Origin: Paragordius varius
Taxonomy: Eukaryota; Animalia; Nematomorpha
Length of the DNA stretch: 64,000 bases
NCBI GenBank assembly: GCA_964247055.1
Contig: OZ176058.1
Coordinates: forward strand, 5,006,490-5,070,489
Reading direction: 5' to 3'
Numbering within the stretch: position 1 is the stretch's first letter; every line of letters begins with the position of its first letter. The notes under the pieces were generated by a model. That model saw nothing but the letters and a program-made list of their open reading frames with translations. It was not told the origin of the DNA and made no database searches. Position numbers and translations under genes: made by a program. Positions 1 to 14,640 of this stretch are shown here, piece by piece.

Positions 1-744
1 TGGAAGGAATCGAAACCATGGCAAAATTTTGCATTTATATAACATTAATAAACCGAAATATATAAAAAATTTTATTCAAAAATACTTGATATTACTTATT
101 TTGAGCTAAAACCGAAAGATAAAAATTTCGTTAATGTGTCAAATTTTAAAATTAAAAAATAATACAAAATAAACCGCTTTTTCTATTTCTATCAATGTTA
201 GATGTAATTTATATAAAAAAATAGCTTTAGTTTTACCCTTAAAATTAAATGAAGACGATATTTTGCAAAAAATTTGGAAAATAAAAATGGCGTCGAAGTA
301 GTTTGAGATGGAACTTTTTTTTCAAAACAAAATTTTATCAAGATATTTTGGCATATTTATATAATATTTATCAGGATAGAAGCATAAATTTAAATTGAGA
401 CCGTTTCCTTCCGTAGTTTTTTAAAAATTTTAATTTAAATTTAGTCTGGGGTATTTAGATACCCCAATTTGAATCGAAGTGTTAAAACTGCAAAAAATTA
501 TAAAGAAACACACATTATCATTATGACTAAAAATTAATGGATTGTGAAAAAATTGCATTTTTTGCTCTTTCTTCCTTTAACTCAATATTATTAAAATTAT
601 GAACCTATTTGGTAAAAAAAATTATATGTAAATTATTTTTCACACTGCATGATAAAACATACTATATTTTTACGTATATGAATATATTATTGCAAATGCG
701 ATTTTATTTGTAAATTTTGAAATTCGTACCTTTTTTAAAAATAA

Positions 745-1160
745 ACGCCATCTTTATATTAAATATGGAGATTACTTTCTTAGTCTAACTTTGCAATTAC
801 AAGTCATAGTATTTCCTATCAAGCAATAGGTGGATGTATGGAACCAAAATTTAAAGAGGACAGTGTTTATCACGTGTCATAGTGTGAGACGCCTTTTGTC
901 CTTGTTGTGGACTCATCAGCCATACATAATGAACATAGGTAAACACTGTCAGTTAGGAGTTTGTATATATACTGAGTATTTTAGATTTAAGACTAATCAA
1001 AGATGGTGAAAGAAAAAACAGAGAACTTAAGGCCTGGAGAGGGCAACCGATTGTAATCAGATCTAATCAATTATCATATCTCCTTTTAATCCATTAGCCG
1101 TACTATTACTTCTAATTACAAAGGTAAACTAAGAAAATAATCCTCATAACATTTATATTT
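745..1160. mobile_element. MITE family C (about 420 bp; inverted arms with TTTCTTAG/CTAAGAAA and TTGCAATT..AAGTCATAGTA; core CACGTGTCATAGTGTGAGACG..GTGGACTCATCAGC)
   Basis: Inverted arms of about 80-100 bp. Related copies at about 27215-27990 (interrupted by MITE A), 31985-32290, 32300-32640 and 43070-43620. Confidence 0.7.
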
Positions 1161-4094
1161 TATAATTTTTAATAACAAAATAATTTAACACTTGAAAATT
1201 ATAGGTTTCATTTACTTTTGTTGTCAATTATCTATACCCATTTATTTATTTTTAACTATTTTTTAATTTTTTATGGTGTTAACTAAAGAGAATTTTAGAG
1301 TGTTTATTAATTATCAACTTGAAATAAAACCGCTTATTGAGATAGTGAAAATGCATTTTATTGCTCTTTCTTCCTTTCAATTAATAATAATTTCTTTATT
1401 CTTTGCCAGTATACTTACAATCAGGCAATTATTACTTACATATCTGTAAATAAAAAAGGTAATAAATTTTAGGCCCTCAGTCAAAATAGAAAGGGGACCT
1501 AAATTTAATATTAATAAAAAAGGCCCCTTCGCACTACTCCCCCTAGCTCCCCGTTATTTCGCCACATACTTTGGGCGAAAAATAGTTTCAAAAAATTATT
1601 TTTGTGGACTTAGTTTTTTGACAAAAATGGTATTTTACGGGGTAGGGGGGGGGAGTAAAATCGGCGCAATCGTAAAAAATGTAAAAAAATCATATTTGAA
1701 ATCGAATGCTCCACCACGTTTTCCGGAAATGTCTCAAAGACACGATTTTTGTGGACTTCTGTTTTCAAAAAAACCCATTTTCCACACGGGGTGAGCCCAA
1801 ACTGGTGGCCTAATTTAAAAAAGAGCTAAGCTATTGTCGGGGCATTCATTAATGATTATATTTTTCGACATTTGGATTTGAATGGGTCTACCGGTTTTCC
1901 GGAAACAGATCACAAGCCACCACTCTCCATTTTTATAAATATATAAATTACTGTGGCAAATTTTAAATATTTATATAAAACTTAGTCGACAATGACTCAT
2001 AGGTGTATTAAAAAAATATTTTCTATGCAATAAACAGAAAAAAATCAGGACTTGAAACCAGAACCGTTGTTCCACGTTAAAAGCCGCAACCGGAATAGTG
2101 TTAAAATTTTAATAACCGTTTTGGAACATGTTCCTTCATTTAAAAAACCGGTTCTGGAACTGAACAAAATATAAAAAACAGGAATTTTTACCAGCGAGAA
2201 CCGTTTAAGGAATCGTACTACAGACCAAATATTTTTAATTCTTTTATATATTGTTACACTCTTATGTTATAATATGAACTACATTAAGTATATTACTCTT
2301 TTAAATATTTTTGGTATGGAGAAGAAATACTTTGAGTTAGATCAAATGAAATAAATTCTATAAGAGGAGCAACATGTTAAAAATCCAATGCTCTTATCTG
2401 CAGTGTATTTGGATCTTCGTTTTGAACGGGATCATAAGAGGTAAAATGCACTGCAAGATATACATAAAAGTATGTCGAATGAAGCTAGGAATAATTTTGA
2501 TATGTATTCGATTAAAAAAATTAACATTTAGACAATATCAAAATCATTGTGACAGATATATTTATAGCGCGAATTTATTGTAAGAAATATAAAATATATA
2601 TATATATGTATATCATTTATAAAGGATAGAATATATATTTGGTGATTTAACTTCATTTTTACCCACCTACACAAAAATTTAGAAAAATTATCGGAATATC
2701 GGTAATATTTTATATATTACTTATATTTTGGTCAGTGTAAAAAGAACATATAAAATTTATTTGAATCATAGATCATCATTGACACAAGATGTATGTAAGC
2801 CATCATTTTAAAGATTGAACAAAAATATATGGATATGATTCTTATTAAATTACCTTTGTACAAAATATATAGTTTATCTCCATTTATCCAAGTTTTTTTT
2901 ATATCTAATTAAATTTATAAATTAGAAATGCTTGTAGGAATAATTATACAAGACAGCAATTTTTAGCACTTAATTTATTTTGCATAATTTTATATCATTT
3001 TATTAGTATATCTGAAAAAAAAACAAATTCCACCTAAAAATTTTGTATAATTTGATTTTTTTTAATTATGTGCTCTCTTTATCATTTATAATTTTTTAAC
3101 AAATATACAACGGCACATTCGTAATATATTATTTGAATAATGAAACCTCTATAAAATGTATATATATGTTTTACATCGATATTAATATTGGACATAGGAA
3201 GAAACAATCTCAATATATTTTTCAATCCAATGATGAAAATAGACAAGCTTAGATGACGCAGAATGTCCAAAAAAAATAACATAAAAAACTTTTTTGATTA
3301 ATACACTTATTTATTGTTTTTATGCCATTCAAAACTGATATTTTTAACTTTTTTGTTTTTTAAAAATTACCATCTTATCAATAATAATTTATTTTCGTTT
3401 TTAGGTTTATAATTTCGAAATTTCAACTAAAAACAAAGAGGGATTGTCATTCTTTTATACGATGTAATAAATTAACAGCTATAACTATGCATTTTATCCA
3501 TTAGGTAAATTAATTTTGTAAACAATTTGATAAAAATAATTTTTAAAAAAAAAGAAAACCAAATGTTTTCAAAAGATTTTTAATTTACTAATCTAACTCT
3601 AATAATTATATTAAAGTAATTAATACGATTATTTAATTAGTTTGTCTGTGAAATTATGATTGTAAAGGTTGAAAATTGTCATCATATACACACAAATAAC
3701 TTTATCTGATTGATGTAAATGACCAACTATCATTCAAAATAAAATAATACTTCTAAAAAGCGTAAAGTTCGAAATGAATTGATTAAGTTTAAATGATAAC
3801 TTAAAAATTATTCGAAAAGTGATTAATAATTGATTTTGAATGGTCAACCCACACAGACCTTGGTAATTTTATATGAATCATTTATGTAAATAAACTAAGT
3901 GTAATAAGTCAGCGATATTGATATCTCTCTTTGTCTTTAACCTTGAATTTTTTGGTGAAACTATATATTGTCATTCGACTCTTTTTCAAATCACCTAAAA
4001 CACTAAGTCCTTAATCCATTTGTAAATGCTATAGAAGGGGGCGCTTTGATATCTAATTTTATATTTCTCTTTTTTAACCATTCCAAATTTATAA

Positions 4095-7020
4095 ATGATG
4101 AATTCTTTTTGTGCCATTGCATGCTTGTTCCTGATAATGCAAATGCCCATGGTTAGAGGTCAGCTATTAATATATTTATTAAAAAAATTGATAGGTTGTG
4201 TATTTTTTACAAATAATAGATCACTATATACTAAATGTTTACGAACGAAAATTATTCAGATACAGAAATTGAAATTGTACCAAATGGTAAAAATAAGACC
4301 ATTTTTTTCAGTAAACAACTTTTTTTTTAAATTTATTTATCCTATAATCATTTAATTATCGTATATCTATAAGTGGATGTCTTACCAATTTACATACTTT
4401 TTGTACTTTGCGTTTTGAAAAAATCGCTTTAATCAAGATTTAAAAGTATGGTTGTCTTTTGGGGTAAAATATTTCTGTTTATATTTTTACGTTTTATCCG
4501 TATAATTTCAATTTTTACTGTATATATAAACATTTACCGAAATTAGTTGATCAGATGTTGAAAAAAATATAATCTATTTTCCTAAAACTATTTGTGACAA
4601 TTTTGAATATTATACTAGTATTTGTTACCAATTTACAGCTCTAAATGCGAAACAGGTATTAATGTGCTTCGAAAAAATGGGTGGTGGTTGGATATAAATA
4701 TATATTGTTCGCTAAAAAACCCTTAAATATTTAAATCTGATAGAAAAATGTAGAATAATTTAAGAGTGAAGGAAACTTATATTTAAACTTTTGTGGTAGG
4801 TGCTTCATATCGGAAAATGGTAAAATTTGCGCAATTTTTTGTAAAATAAATTATTTTGTGAAAGCTAATATGCTTCAATATTATTATAAAATTCAAAAAT
4901 TTAGGTGTTTGCCCTTCTAAAATGGGCTAGTTTTCTTATAACAAACGCAAAAATGCCAAAAATTTTGAATATATGCTAAATTGACATAATAAAAAGTTTA
5001 TTCCGTTAGCTTGCTAATTTAATTTATAACAGAGTTTTGTTGAAGCGTATTTCATAATTATTTTATAATGTTTTGAGGCATGGTTAAAACGGTAGAAACT
5101 CATTCAAACATTATAAATAACTGTTTATATACATTTTAATGAGGGTGAATATTTCTATAAACTCAGAATTTTGATTAAAATCGTTCATCTTTATAATATA
5201 ATGTTAAATGAGAATTCTTCTTAGCAAAAATTCTTCAAAAAGAAATTAAAAATTCGGAGGTAATAGAAATGTTTAACATCCTTTTATTTTATAGTGTTTT
5301 TATAATATTTTAATGTGTTTTAATACCGTTTCAATAATGCCTTGAAATAGTATAAAATACGCTTTAACTAAATTTTGCTATAAAGGAAAATTTGAAAAAA
5401 ATTATTTTTTGAAAGAACTTTTTTTATGCTATATTTAGCATAACATTATAAATTTTATGCAATCTCGGCATATTTGAGTTTATTTTGAAAGAACAAGCCT
5501 ATGTTCGGTAAATTTTGAGACATTTCTCAAAATAAAAATTTTATAAAATATTGTTAACCAAAATATTATGGCTTATTTTAAATAATGAGTTTCCTGCTTA
5601 AATTGGTAGGTCAATGTGCGGTAACCCTGAATGGAACAGATATAAGGCCTGACAGCACAAGTCGTGTGGTGAGAGGCGACGTCGCTCTAATAATTACCGC
5701 GGGTGCAGATGTTTGTACGGCTACTTTAAATGTGTACACTTTCAATGGTTGTACCATGAGTAAGTTTTACATTTTACATTTTTTATCGTTAATTTATATA
5801 CTTTTTCACACTAAATTAGCGTCGTTATATCATTATACATATAATGACTGCCCGATAGGATTTAAAGGAGAGTACGAAAGATGGGAATAGTTTAGGTACC
5901 TACCCTTTAAGCAAATATATAATTTACTTTTACTTAATAATAAATACATCATCGATATTTAACCCAGGCATTTTTATTTGTGAACACTTTTTTGCAAAAA
6001 ATGTACAATTTACAACAAATCAAATTCACCCTAAATATAAATTGTTTTCGGGCTAATATAACTATCATTAATAAGAAATATATTCTTATGGCATAGTTTA
6101 TTATTTTTTTCAGTACTATATTAACAAACGTAATTTCATTTAAAATATGAAAAAGGATCGGTAATTTATAATCTAAAAAAACACATAATATATTTTACTG
6201 TGGATTTGAGTTGTTCAAGTGTGAATTTGAATTGGTCAAGGGTCAATTTGTATTGTTTAAGGGTGAAATAAAATACCGTAAATGGTATATAACTGTCAAT
6301 AAATATATATTTTGCAATTTATAACAAAATACGAGCCGTTTTTACTTATGGCTCTTTTAAAATTGGTTGGTTAAATCCGTTATATTTTAAATAAATTAAT
6401 ATTTATTTTTTAAAGATCATTCATTATACGCATTATTGCCATTAATTTTAACTTGATTTATAAATGCGTGATTCCTTACTTCTTTTTGGTTGTCCGTTAT
6501 ATTTTAATATACACCATTTACAGTTCAAATTCACCCTCAAATAAATAACATTTTTTTAAGATTAAAAATTGCCTATATTTTAATATATTTTTTTATATAA
6601 ATAAAATTTTGTTTTAAATTAAAATAATACTGAAAAAAATAATTAATTATGCCATAAAGATATATTTTAAATTAATAATGAGTTATATTAGTTCGAAAAC
6701 ACATAATTTATTTTTAGGGTGAATTTGAATTGTTCGAAGGTGAATTGGAATTGTTCAAGGGTGAATTTGAATTGTTCGAGGGTGAATTTGAATTGTTCAA
6801 GGGTGAATTTGAAACTGTAAATGGTATATATTTAGGTGCGACATTTGCCGGGAGGACATTGACTGTTACGAATGGAGTTGTAACACAAGACCCTGCAGGT
6901 CTAACACCTTTGATTACGGTCACTGCAGGAGAGACTTTTGGTAAGAATCCAGGAAGTCGAATTGTTAAGTACGTCATGCGTAATATTCCCCCCGGAGAGA
7001 CGTTCCCTCTAACGGTATAA
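4095..7020 (+). CDS. Secreted small protein, family member A; join(4095..4158,5610..5759,6836..7020), 132 aa: MMNSFCAIACLFLIMQMPMVRGQCAVTLNGTDIRPDSTSRVVRGDVALIITAGADVCTATLNVYTFNGCTMSATFAGRTLTVTNGVVTQDPAGLTPLITVTAGETFGKNPGSRIVKYVMRNIPPGETFPLTV
   Basis: Canonical GT-AG junctions (AGAG|gtcagc, ttggtag|GT, ATGA|gtaagt, tttag|GT), all phase 1. Exon lengths 64+150+185=399 give an uninterrupted frame. Exon 1 is a hydrophobic signal-peptide-like segment. The same exon structure is conserved in the inverted paralog at 16552-19454. No family recognised. Confidence 0.85.
6515..6824. mobile_element. MITE family A copy in intron 2 of gene A
   Basis: Starts CCATTTACAGTTCAAATTCACCC and ends GGGTGAATTTGAAACTGTAAATGG, with five 21-bp repeats on the right side. 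It explains ORFs 6714..7112(-) and the first third of 6730..7020(+). Confidence 0.85.
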
Positions 7021-7699
7021 TACGTATTAAGTTTCTTCTGACTTAAGTTATAAAGAAAGGCAAAATATAGGGGATATTTCTGCTTATTAGACCAAGGTGT
7101 AATATATAGCATAGCTAATAGGACGCCAGACTCTTATATTATGTTGAGTACAGAATAACCCCAAAACCACTTCAATTTTTGTGTCATTGTTAACGCTGGG
7201 CGACATTTAAAAAATTCAAAAGTGCTCACCCTTTAGAAAATAAACTCTAAAATTACAGTAAAAATTGAAATTATACGGACAAAACTTAAAGGACAAAAAA
7301 TTTTTTCTACAAGACAACCATAGTTTTTCCAACCTAAATTAATCCTAGTGAAATATTTTGTTCTCAGCCTAAAATATATAATTATATATGTTACCAATAT
7401 ACATCTCTAAATGATACCCTGGAAATAATGATTATATATTAATTAATCAAAATTCGAAAAATATGGTTGCCTTTAAAAAAATAGTCTTTATATTTTTAGA
7501 TTTTGTTCGTATATCTTAATATTTACTGTAATATATAATTAGGTATGTTACCATAATACTGTCAATTCCTAATTTCACGAGTAGAATATTATAAAACTAT
7601 CAACGTTTATCCATCTTTATAATTTAATATATAAAAGGTAAAATACGAATATTTTTATATGAAACCATAAAATATTTTGTTTTGAATCGAAGATTAATA

Positions 7700-8995
7700 A
7701 CAAGTGTAGTCTGTTATACCGGTTAAATTATGAAGAGGCGACAGCGTAAATTAGGCAGAACTATACAATCCCATTTCATTCTTCTGACATTAAACAACAA
7801 ACAAGCACAAGTTGAGTTTGCCAAAACGTTTTATATTTATCATTAACCACTCAGATCTAATTTTATGCCTGAAAAGGATAATTTGGGGCACACTTCAACA
7901 GTAGAAAAAGGTTATTAAAAGTTATCGTATGGTTAACATGATCTATTGATTAACGCAAGTGAAATATGGTTTCGATGTATTAAAAGTCGTAAATTCCTCG
8001 AAAGAATGTGTGCGCTTAACCATACAACTGCGAGGACACTAAAGTGCAAGAGTTATTGGACGATGACCAAATCACAATGTATTTCATAATCAATAGATGT
8101 CTACAAACAATGGGAAGTCTAACAAACTTGTTATATGAATCCCACACATGTAAATTAAATCGATTATCGTGAACGTCACGCAAAAAAATCAGTTTTGTCG
8201 CAAATTGGTGTGTTTGATGAGTGATTGCTTAATTTTGTAAATCCAAAGCAAAAAATCGCGGAGACTGCCTTGCCAAGCCGTTCGTTGTCTAATCGCTGTG
8301 AGACCAGATATGTGTTCTGTGTCTAGCGGGACAGGAACTTAATGTGTATTATAGGCTTCATAACCTAGTGAAACAGTTAATACACATTTATATCGCCATT
8401 AAATAATTAATTCCTACTGTTTATTCAGGGAAAAAGGCATGAATTGGCTAAAAAACATGGCAAAGTAATTTTACTCTTGAACTCCTGACATCAGAAAGAA
8501 AATAGGATTGGATAGAGAAGCGATGACCAAATTAATAAAGATTTGGAAAAGCAAAAACTTAGCAGTTGAAACTAAAAAGATTATTCTACGGTTTTGTTCT
8601 GGTTGTGAGAACTCTCAGAAAAAGAGACAATGAAAGACTTATGGCTTTTGAAAGGAGTTGCTGGAGTATGCTGGAATATACCTGGAAGGATAAAAATGGA
8701 AATCTAACTACAGAAATACATCCTGAAACAAACATCCTGGAGATAATTCTAAAAGAACGTTAACATATTTTGGTCATGTAATGCGATCGAATTCTTTAGA
8801 AAAAGACACGTTATTTAGGCAGGTAGAAGGAAAAAGGAAACGAGGCCGACCACAGAAGAGGTGGTTGGATATGATAAAAGAGGAAACTAAAATAACATTG
8901 AACGATCTCAATATAGCGGTAAAAGATAAAAGGAAGTGGAAAGCAATTATAAACTATATCCAAAAATAGTTTACAAGAAATAACCAACCAACCAT
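7700..8995 (+). mobile_element. Degenerate RTE-clade non-LTR retrotransposon (LINE) 3' portion
   Basis: 8470-8970 translates with frameshifts as AMTKLIKIWKSKNL..TLRKRDNERLMAFE..FGHVMRSNSLEKD..QVEGKRKRGRPQKRWLDMIKE, the typical RTE/BovB C-terminal region. It ends in a short (ACCA)n tail at about 8983-8993. The upstream part is more decayed and its boundary is approximate. Confidence 0.8.
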
Positions 8996-10717
8996 ATTAT
9001 AAATATAAAAACTAAGAAAACTTTAATTAAAAAAATGATTATACAGATAGGAAAAACTCAATCTACTATCAAATTCACCCCAAACAATTCATGCCCCTTG
9101 AACAATTCAAATTCACCCTTAAAATATTTTCTAGCTCATCATTAATATCAAATATATGTTTATGGCATAGTTTATTATTTTTTCGATGTTAGTATTATTT
9201 TTAACAACAATTTTTAAAAATATTGAAAAAAAGTAATATTTAATTATAAAAAACACATAATATATTTTAGGGTGATTGAATTGTTAGAGGTGTGGAATGG
9301 TCCAATGGTAAATTTGGAGTGTAAATAGTATGCATTTTTTAAAGTCACCTTATAAACCCAAACCTTTTAATTATGACTGATTTACTATCGTAAGGCATAG
9401 TAATCGATACAAAGATATTAAAAAGTTAGAGATTTTAAATATTTGTGCAGTTTTTGAATTTTGACTGTAAATTTTCCTTTTTTACTGTTTTATAAGAATT
9501 AACTCTAAATTAAATAATTTATATTATTTCAATTTAGCTAACAAAATGTGACGGGAGGCAATCTGTGGTTATTTATGTTCCTTAAGAGGAAGACATCGCA
9601 AACCTTTTAACCTATAACGCTTTTTAGATAGCAAAAGACTATAATTTTGCAGACTTGAACAGTTTTAATAAATTATACATTATTCATTTATTTTATCTTA
9701 TGAGATCGCGGGACTTGTAAATAGTCAAAATGATGAGATTTACAGAATCATTAATTACATATTCACTGCATTTTAAATCGTGGGGCATAAAAAAGATCTT
9801 GATGTATTAGGATTTAAATAAATGTAATGATTTTCATGGTGATTTTGGATTTTGGTCTTACAAGTACAAGAAAATTACTTCCAATTTTAATTGGTCCATA
9901 TGGAAAAGTCGCAAAATCCCCGCACGTTATGTTTGAGAAAATTTTTTTTGAATACAATACTTTTTTTTAAAAATATGACTAAAGTGTACAATAAACTGTA
10001 TTTAATATGCAAAAAAAATTATTATAAAATTTTAATATTAAGATGTGGGCTCCAAAACTATTCTTGCCCTTTTAAAATGGGTTTTCTTAAAAAAACGCAA
10101 AAATTTTATAAATAACATAAAAATATTTAATTCAATTTTTATTAAAATTTTGTTAGAGCTTACTTCATGCTATTTTAAGGCATGATGAAAACAAGATTAA
10201 TATGCTTTAAGATATATAAATCACTTTTTCTATATAATTCAGTAATGCTTTCTAAGCCTCAGAATTACAATAAAATATCTTTCGTACCAATTCTATGATA
10301 AATAATTTTCGTTCCATGAATTTATTCAAAAAAAAAACATTACAATTAGAAGTAGAATGTTTAAATTATATCTTGGCGTTTTTTTTACGATTCCATATTA
10401 CAGTAAAATCTGAATTTATAAGGACAAAACATATAAATCTAAAGACAAATGTTTTTTTCTAAAAGACAACCATACCAGACTTTTTGAACTCTTATTTTTA
10501 AATATAACTTATTGTTTCAAGCGATGTATGATATGGAGGTGTTTATTGGTAACACAATCTATTATATAATTTGCAAAAACATTCAGATATATAGAAAGGA
10601 TTCAAGATTTAAAAGCATGGTTGTCTTTTAGCAAAAAATATTTGCCTTTATATTTTTACGTTTTGTCCGTATAATTTTAATTTTTACCGTAATACACAAT
10701 AACATGAAGTACTATTC

Positions 10718-13700
10718 TGTTATATTAAGTGGTAATTTACATGCTTATATGAATGAACATCTATTAACCTCGCAACCTACATTTATATTTATATTATATT
10801 AACCCCACAACCAACGTTTGTAATATTTCTATATTAAACTCGCAACCACTTGAATACATTTATACCTCATGAAGTTACATAAATATATATTATTTTGTAA
10901 TACAAGGAACAAACGTATTTTAGATACACAACAAATATTTTTTGCTTTATGTCCCCTCACATGTGATCCCATTCAACATTGATAGCCAAGAGGCAATAAT
11001 GGACGAACCAATGAACATAGCAGCCCCTAGCGCTAGCATTGCCAATCTATTCATAGAACAATACAAAGATCATTATAAATGAAGATTACCTTGAGTATAT
11101 TAACAACGTAATTGTGGCAAAGGTCAATCCGGTGACCGAAAAAAACCCTTAAATAAACTATACTAGCATAAGGCGGATTCATGATTAGATTAACCAACAC
11201 TTGTACCCTAAGAAAATAAAAGACGCCACATGGGTTGAAATTACGGAAATCGAAATTTTTAAGCCGGTTTTATTTTAGGTTGGTGCGCAACAATGGTGAA
11301 AGTTTCACCAATTTCTTGAGCGTGTCAAGATAGGCCCCTAAGAAGCCCAGTTAATTGAAGCGACAGAACAGCGCATACATAATGCGTTTGTAATAGGACT
11401 GCGACAATCCCAACTTGAGATGGATATCCATTTCAGGTACCCAGATGCTCTGATAATCGGTATTCCTATCCCATTAGAAATAATCGTAGATCTCGCACTG
11501 GCACGTGAAGCTGCTGGGGCTGGACTACAGAATTACAATGATAGTCACAATAATAATTAATAGCAATCGACAAAATAGTACAATAATGATATCAATCGTT
11601 TACAACATAATAACCACAATAATAAGAAACCAATGATAAAAACGTCGACAGCATGCGGGCATTGTGATACCATGCACGCGCCCAACAAATATCCACCGTG
11701 GAAACGAACGTGCAACAAATGTGGCAAATTGGAGACCATTTCGCAAGAATGTGCCTAGCCAACAGACAATGACCTAATTTCTATATACAACTGTGTTGGG
11801 ATATCAATGTATGTCCAAAGGCTTAAACACCGTTGGTTATTGCATTAATAATTAATGGCTTGAAGAGAGATTTTATCTCGACACCGGGTCAGATGTCAGG
11901 GTGATGAATTTTGCAACTTGGCAACAAATAAGCCAAAACTGCGCCCGACGCCCCCGGTCAAATTTTTCAATAACACCACACCAATGATGGGCAACGTAAA
12001 CTCTGAGACAAACGGCAAACGAATGATATGGGACATATGTGTCTAAGCAAAACGATGGGGATGGCTCCGCTAATCTGTGGACTGGATGGATGGCGAAATT
12101 CCAGATTGAGATGCCACAGGTTAAAGTTAATTATATTAAATTGAATGAGATTTGTGAAAATCTTAAAAATTTATTCGAAAATAAGTTAGGGTGTTATAAG
12201 GACCCTGTAAAAATTCGCTTTGCAGCGAATGCTATCCTGAATGGCCATGTCGCAGGGTGCCTTTTCCATTAAGAGAAGGTGGAGAAGCTGACGAGGCTAA
12301 AATAGTTAGGCATTTTAGAACCGGTTGCTAACACCACACCTGTGACATGGGCCACGCCTACGGTTAATGTACTTAAACCGAATGGCGAATTAAGAATATG
12401 TAGTGATTTTCGGGTAACGATTAATAAGTGGTTGCAAGAAGACTCCCACATAATTCCCACGTTTGATGAGTTGGTGTCGAAAATAGGTGAAGGTATCACA
12501 TTCACGAAAATTGATTTAAAAGATGCTTACCTCCTGATGCCAGTGGCAGAGGAGTGTCAAGAATTGTTAACTATCTCAACACATAAGGGTTTTTTTAGAT
12601 ACAAACGCATGCCGTTTGGACTGGCCACGGCACCTATCATCTTCCAAAGAGTGATGGAACAAGTGCTGGCTGAAAGTCCGGGAACTTGCGTATATTTAGA
12701 TGACGTCTTAGTGACTGGTAGGACGGAAATGACCACATTAACAATTTAAATAAGGTATTAAGTCGTCTCGATAAGGCCGGACTTAAATTAAGACAAGAGA
12801 AAATAATGATGATCGCAGGATCAGTAAAGTATTTAGGGTTTGAAATATCCCTAAGGGGTATTAGCCCATGTAAAAGCAAAATCAAAGCAATTAAGGAATC
12901 AAAAAGGCCTGTGGATAAAAAGTCGTTATGTAGTTTTTTAGGTGAGGTTTCATAAACGTTTTATACAAAATTACAGTTAGTCGGTTCTTACTCGAATTTA
13001 ACTAGTAAAAATACGAGATGTTTGATTGAAACATGTATGGGTAGCAACTAAGAATTTGTTAAGCGAAAAAGTATTTTATAATCCCAATAGGAAATTGATA
13101 ATAGAAACTGGTGTATCAGATTTAGGATTTGGGTGCATTTCAAGTCATGAGGTTAATAGTGAAAGGGTACCGATCGCATATGCCTCACAAAAATGTAGCA
13201 CCGTCGAACGGAATTATTCCACTATCGACAAAGAATTGAAAGCAATATTGTTTGCGCTAAAAAAGTTTCCTAGTTTTGTATATGGTAGATTTGTGATATT
13301 AACTGATCATTTACCTTGAGTAAAGTTAATTAATAGAGATCTAAACTTAAAAGAAACACATAATGCTTAAGTGCTAGATGAATTAATAAAATAAATGAAT
13401 ACGATTTTGAAATAACCAGAGAAGTCTGTAAACAATAAAGACGAGTTGGCATATCAATATGGCTTGTTAAGTTTAAATGATTGGATTATAATTCTGAAGC
13501 CCCTCTAATAGGTGGTGAGATGCCTGCACAGCGGTCATATCAACGTAGAGATCATGAAAGCGATGGCCAGATTTACTTGTTATTGGCCAGAATTAGAAAC
13601 TGGTAGTCACTCAGTGCGAATCGTGGCAGCAAAATAAGCCGAATGTAACTCATCTTGGATCCGCTGTGTGGGATTTGTACATAGATATAGCCGCACCGGT

Positions 13701-14640
13701 AGACGGTTATTATTAGTTGTTAATAATCAATAGCGCCTCTAAATGGGCAGAAGGATTTATTTTGAAAAAGGAACCGCGAATATAATCCACATAGAAAATG
13801 GTTTTGCAAAAGAGATACTTAGCGAAAACGCATATTTAAATGATAAGTACTCTACGTCAACCTTAAGTAATGGGGTGAATCTTAAACCCCTACCATCCTA
13901 AAGGTAGAAAGGTTAGTAGGAACGATAAAAAATAAATGCAAGAGGATAAATTAGTGCGATATCCACCCACGAAGCTTTCACTGGCCTATGGGCGTATAAA
14001 AACTGCTCGACAACCAAAGAAACCCAGCCTCAAATAATGTTTAAACCAACACCCCATACCTTCTTAACCTGATTAAATAGTAGAGCGAGATTATTAGATG
14101 CGTCGGCCCTCCATCATCAGTTTGCGATTAATGACCCAGTAATGATAAAAATGAACTAATTCTAGGTTGGTGCGCCGGAGAGATCACCGACCGTACCCTA
14201 TTATTGTCATACAAGGTGTGGGACAAAGACCGGGAGAAACTCGTGAGAAAACACCCCGATCAAATCATACACCAGCCACAACAGAAATCAACCACATCAA
14301 GAAACACAAGTGATGAGGACAATACCACTGTAAGGAATGATGTTAAACAGCCAAATCTCAACCAAACAGCCTGATCGCACCCAATGATGAAACCAAATCG
14401 ATTACCCAGACAAACACAAGACAAAACAATAATATTACCCAGGAACCTACGACGACCAGCTCTGCCACAAAAATAAAAGAGAGATAGTACCTACTGAGAA
14501 ACCGTCAAAAACTGGTTCGCTTTCGTTAGAAGAGGGAAGTGAGTGATGTAATTGGAACTTACATTTATTACCATCTCGTTTCGAAAAACACTACAATAAA
14601 TATATCCTTTACGTGTAGCCCCACCTTATATAAGGGTATG
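10718..14640 (+). mobile_element. Degenerate Ty3/gypsy LTR retrotransposon (gag-pro-RT-RNaseH-IN), non-functional
   Basis: Zinc knuckle CNKCGK..HF..MC at about 11710-11755; protease FYLDTGSD at about 11872; RT WATP..RICSDFR..KIDLKDAY..RMPFG..YLDD at 12342-12749; RNase H PIAYAS..RNYS..KELKA..LTDH at 13026-13319; decayed integrase at about 13500-14250; polypurine tract AGAAGAGGGAAG at about 14528. Many stops and frameshifts. LTRs are only weakly alignable, so the ends are approximate. Confidence 0.92.

Larger units (their letters stand above)
481..10400. repeat. Left arm of a large degenerate inverted duplication
   Basis: Blocks 481-2480, 3700-4170, 5580-5790, 6830-7020, 9480-9630, 9810-9890 and 10030-10200 match, in mirrored order and reverse complement, blocks in 14700-28258. 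Confidence 0.8.

Noticed and set aside
3082-3282. ORF sharing FLDI..IDVKHI with an ORF at about 39085-39257 as a conserved gene
   Set aside because: The DNA is homologous (3170-3500 vs 38970-39215, inverted) but contains compensating frameshifts, which indicates a dispersed non-coding repeat.
5585-5609. ATG 5585 as the start of gene A
   Set aside because: The aligned position in paralog B has an in-frame stop and no ATG, while both genes share the AG acceptor and an upstream signal exon.
6716-6815. 21-bp direct repeats as a CRISPR array
   Set aside because: The repeats are contiguous with no unique spacers, are part of an inverted-repeat MITE, and the context is eukaryotic with no cas genes.
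6714-6835. Exonisation of MITE 21-bp repeats (FEGELELFKGE) into gene A
   Set aside because: The MITE-internal acceptor at 6717 would follow a phase-1 donor and give AGG TGA, an immediate stop. The in-frame ORF has no true ATG in this part.
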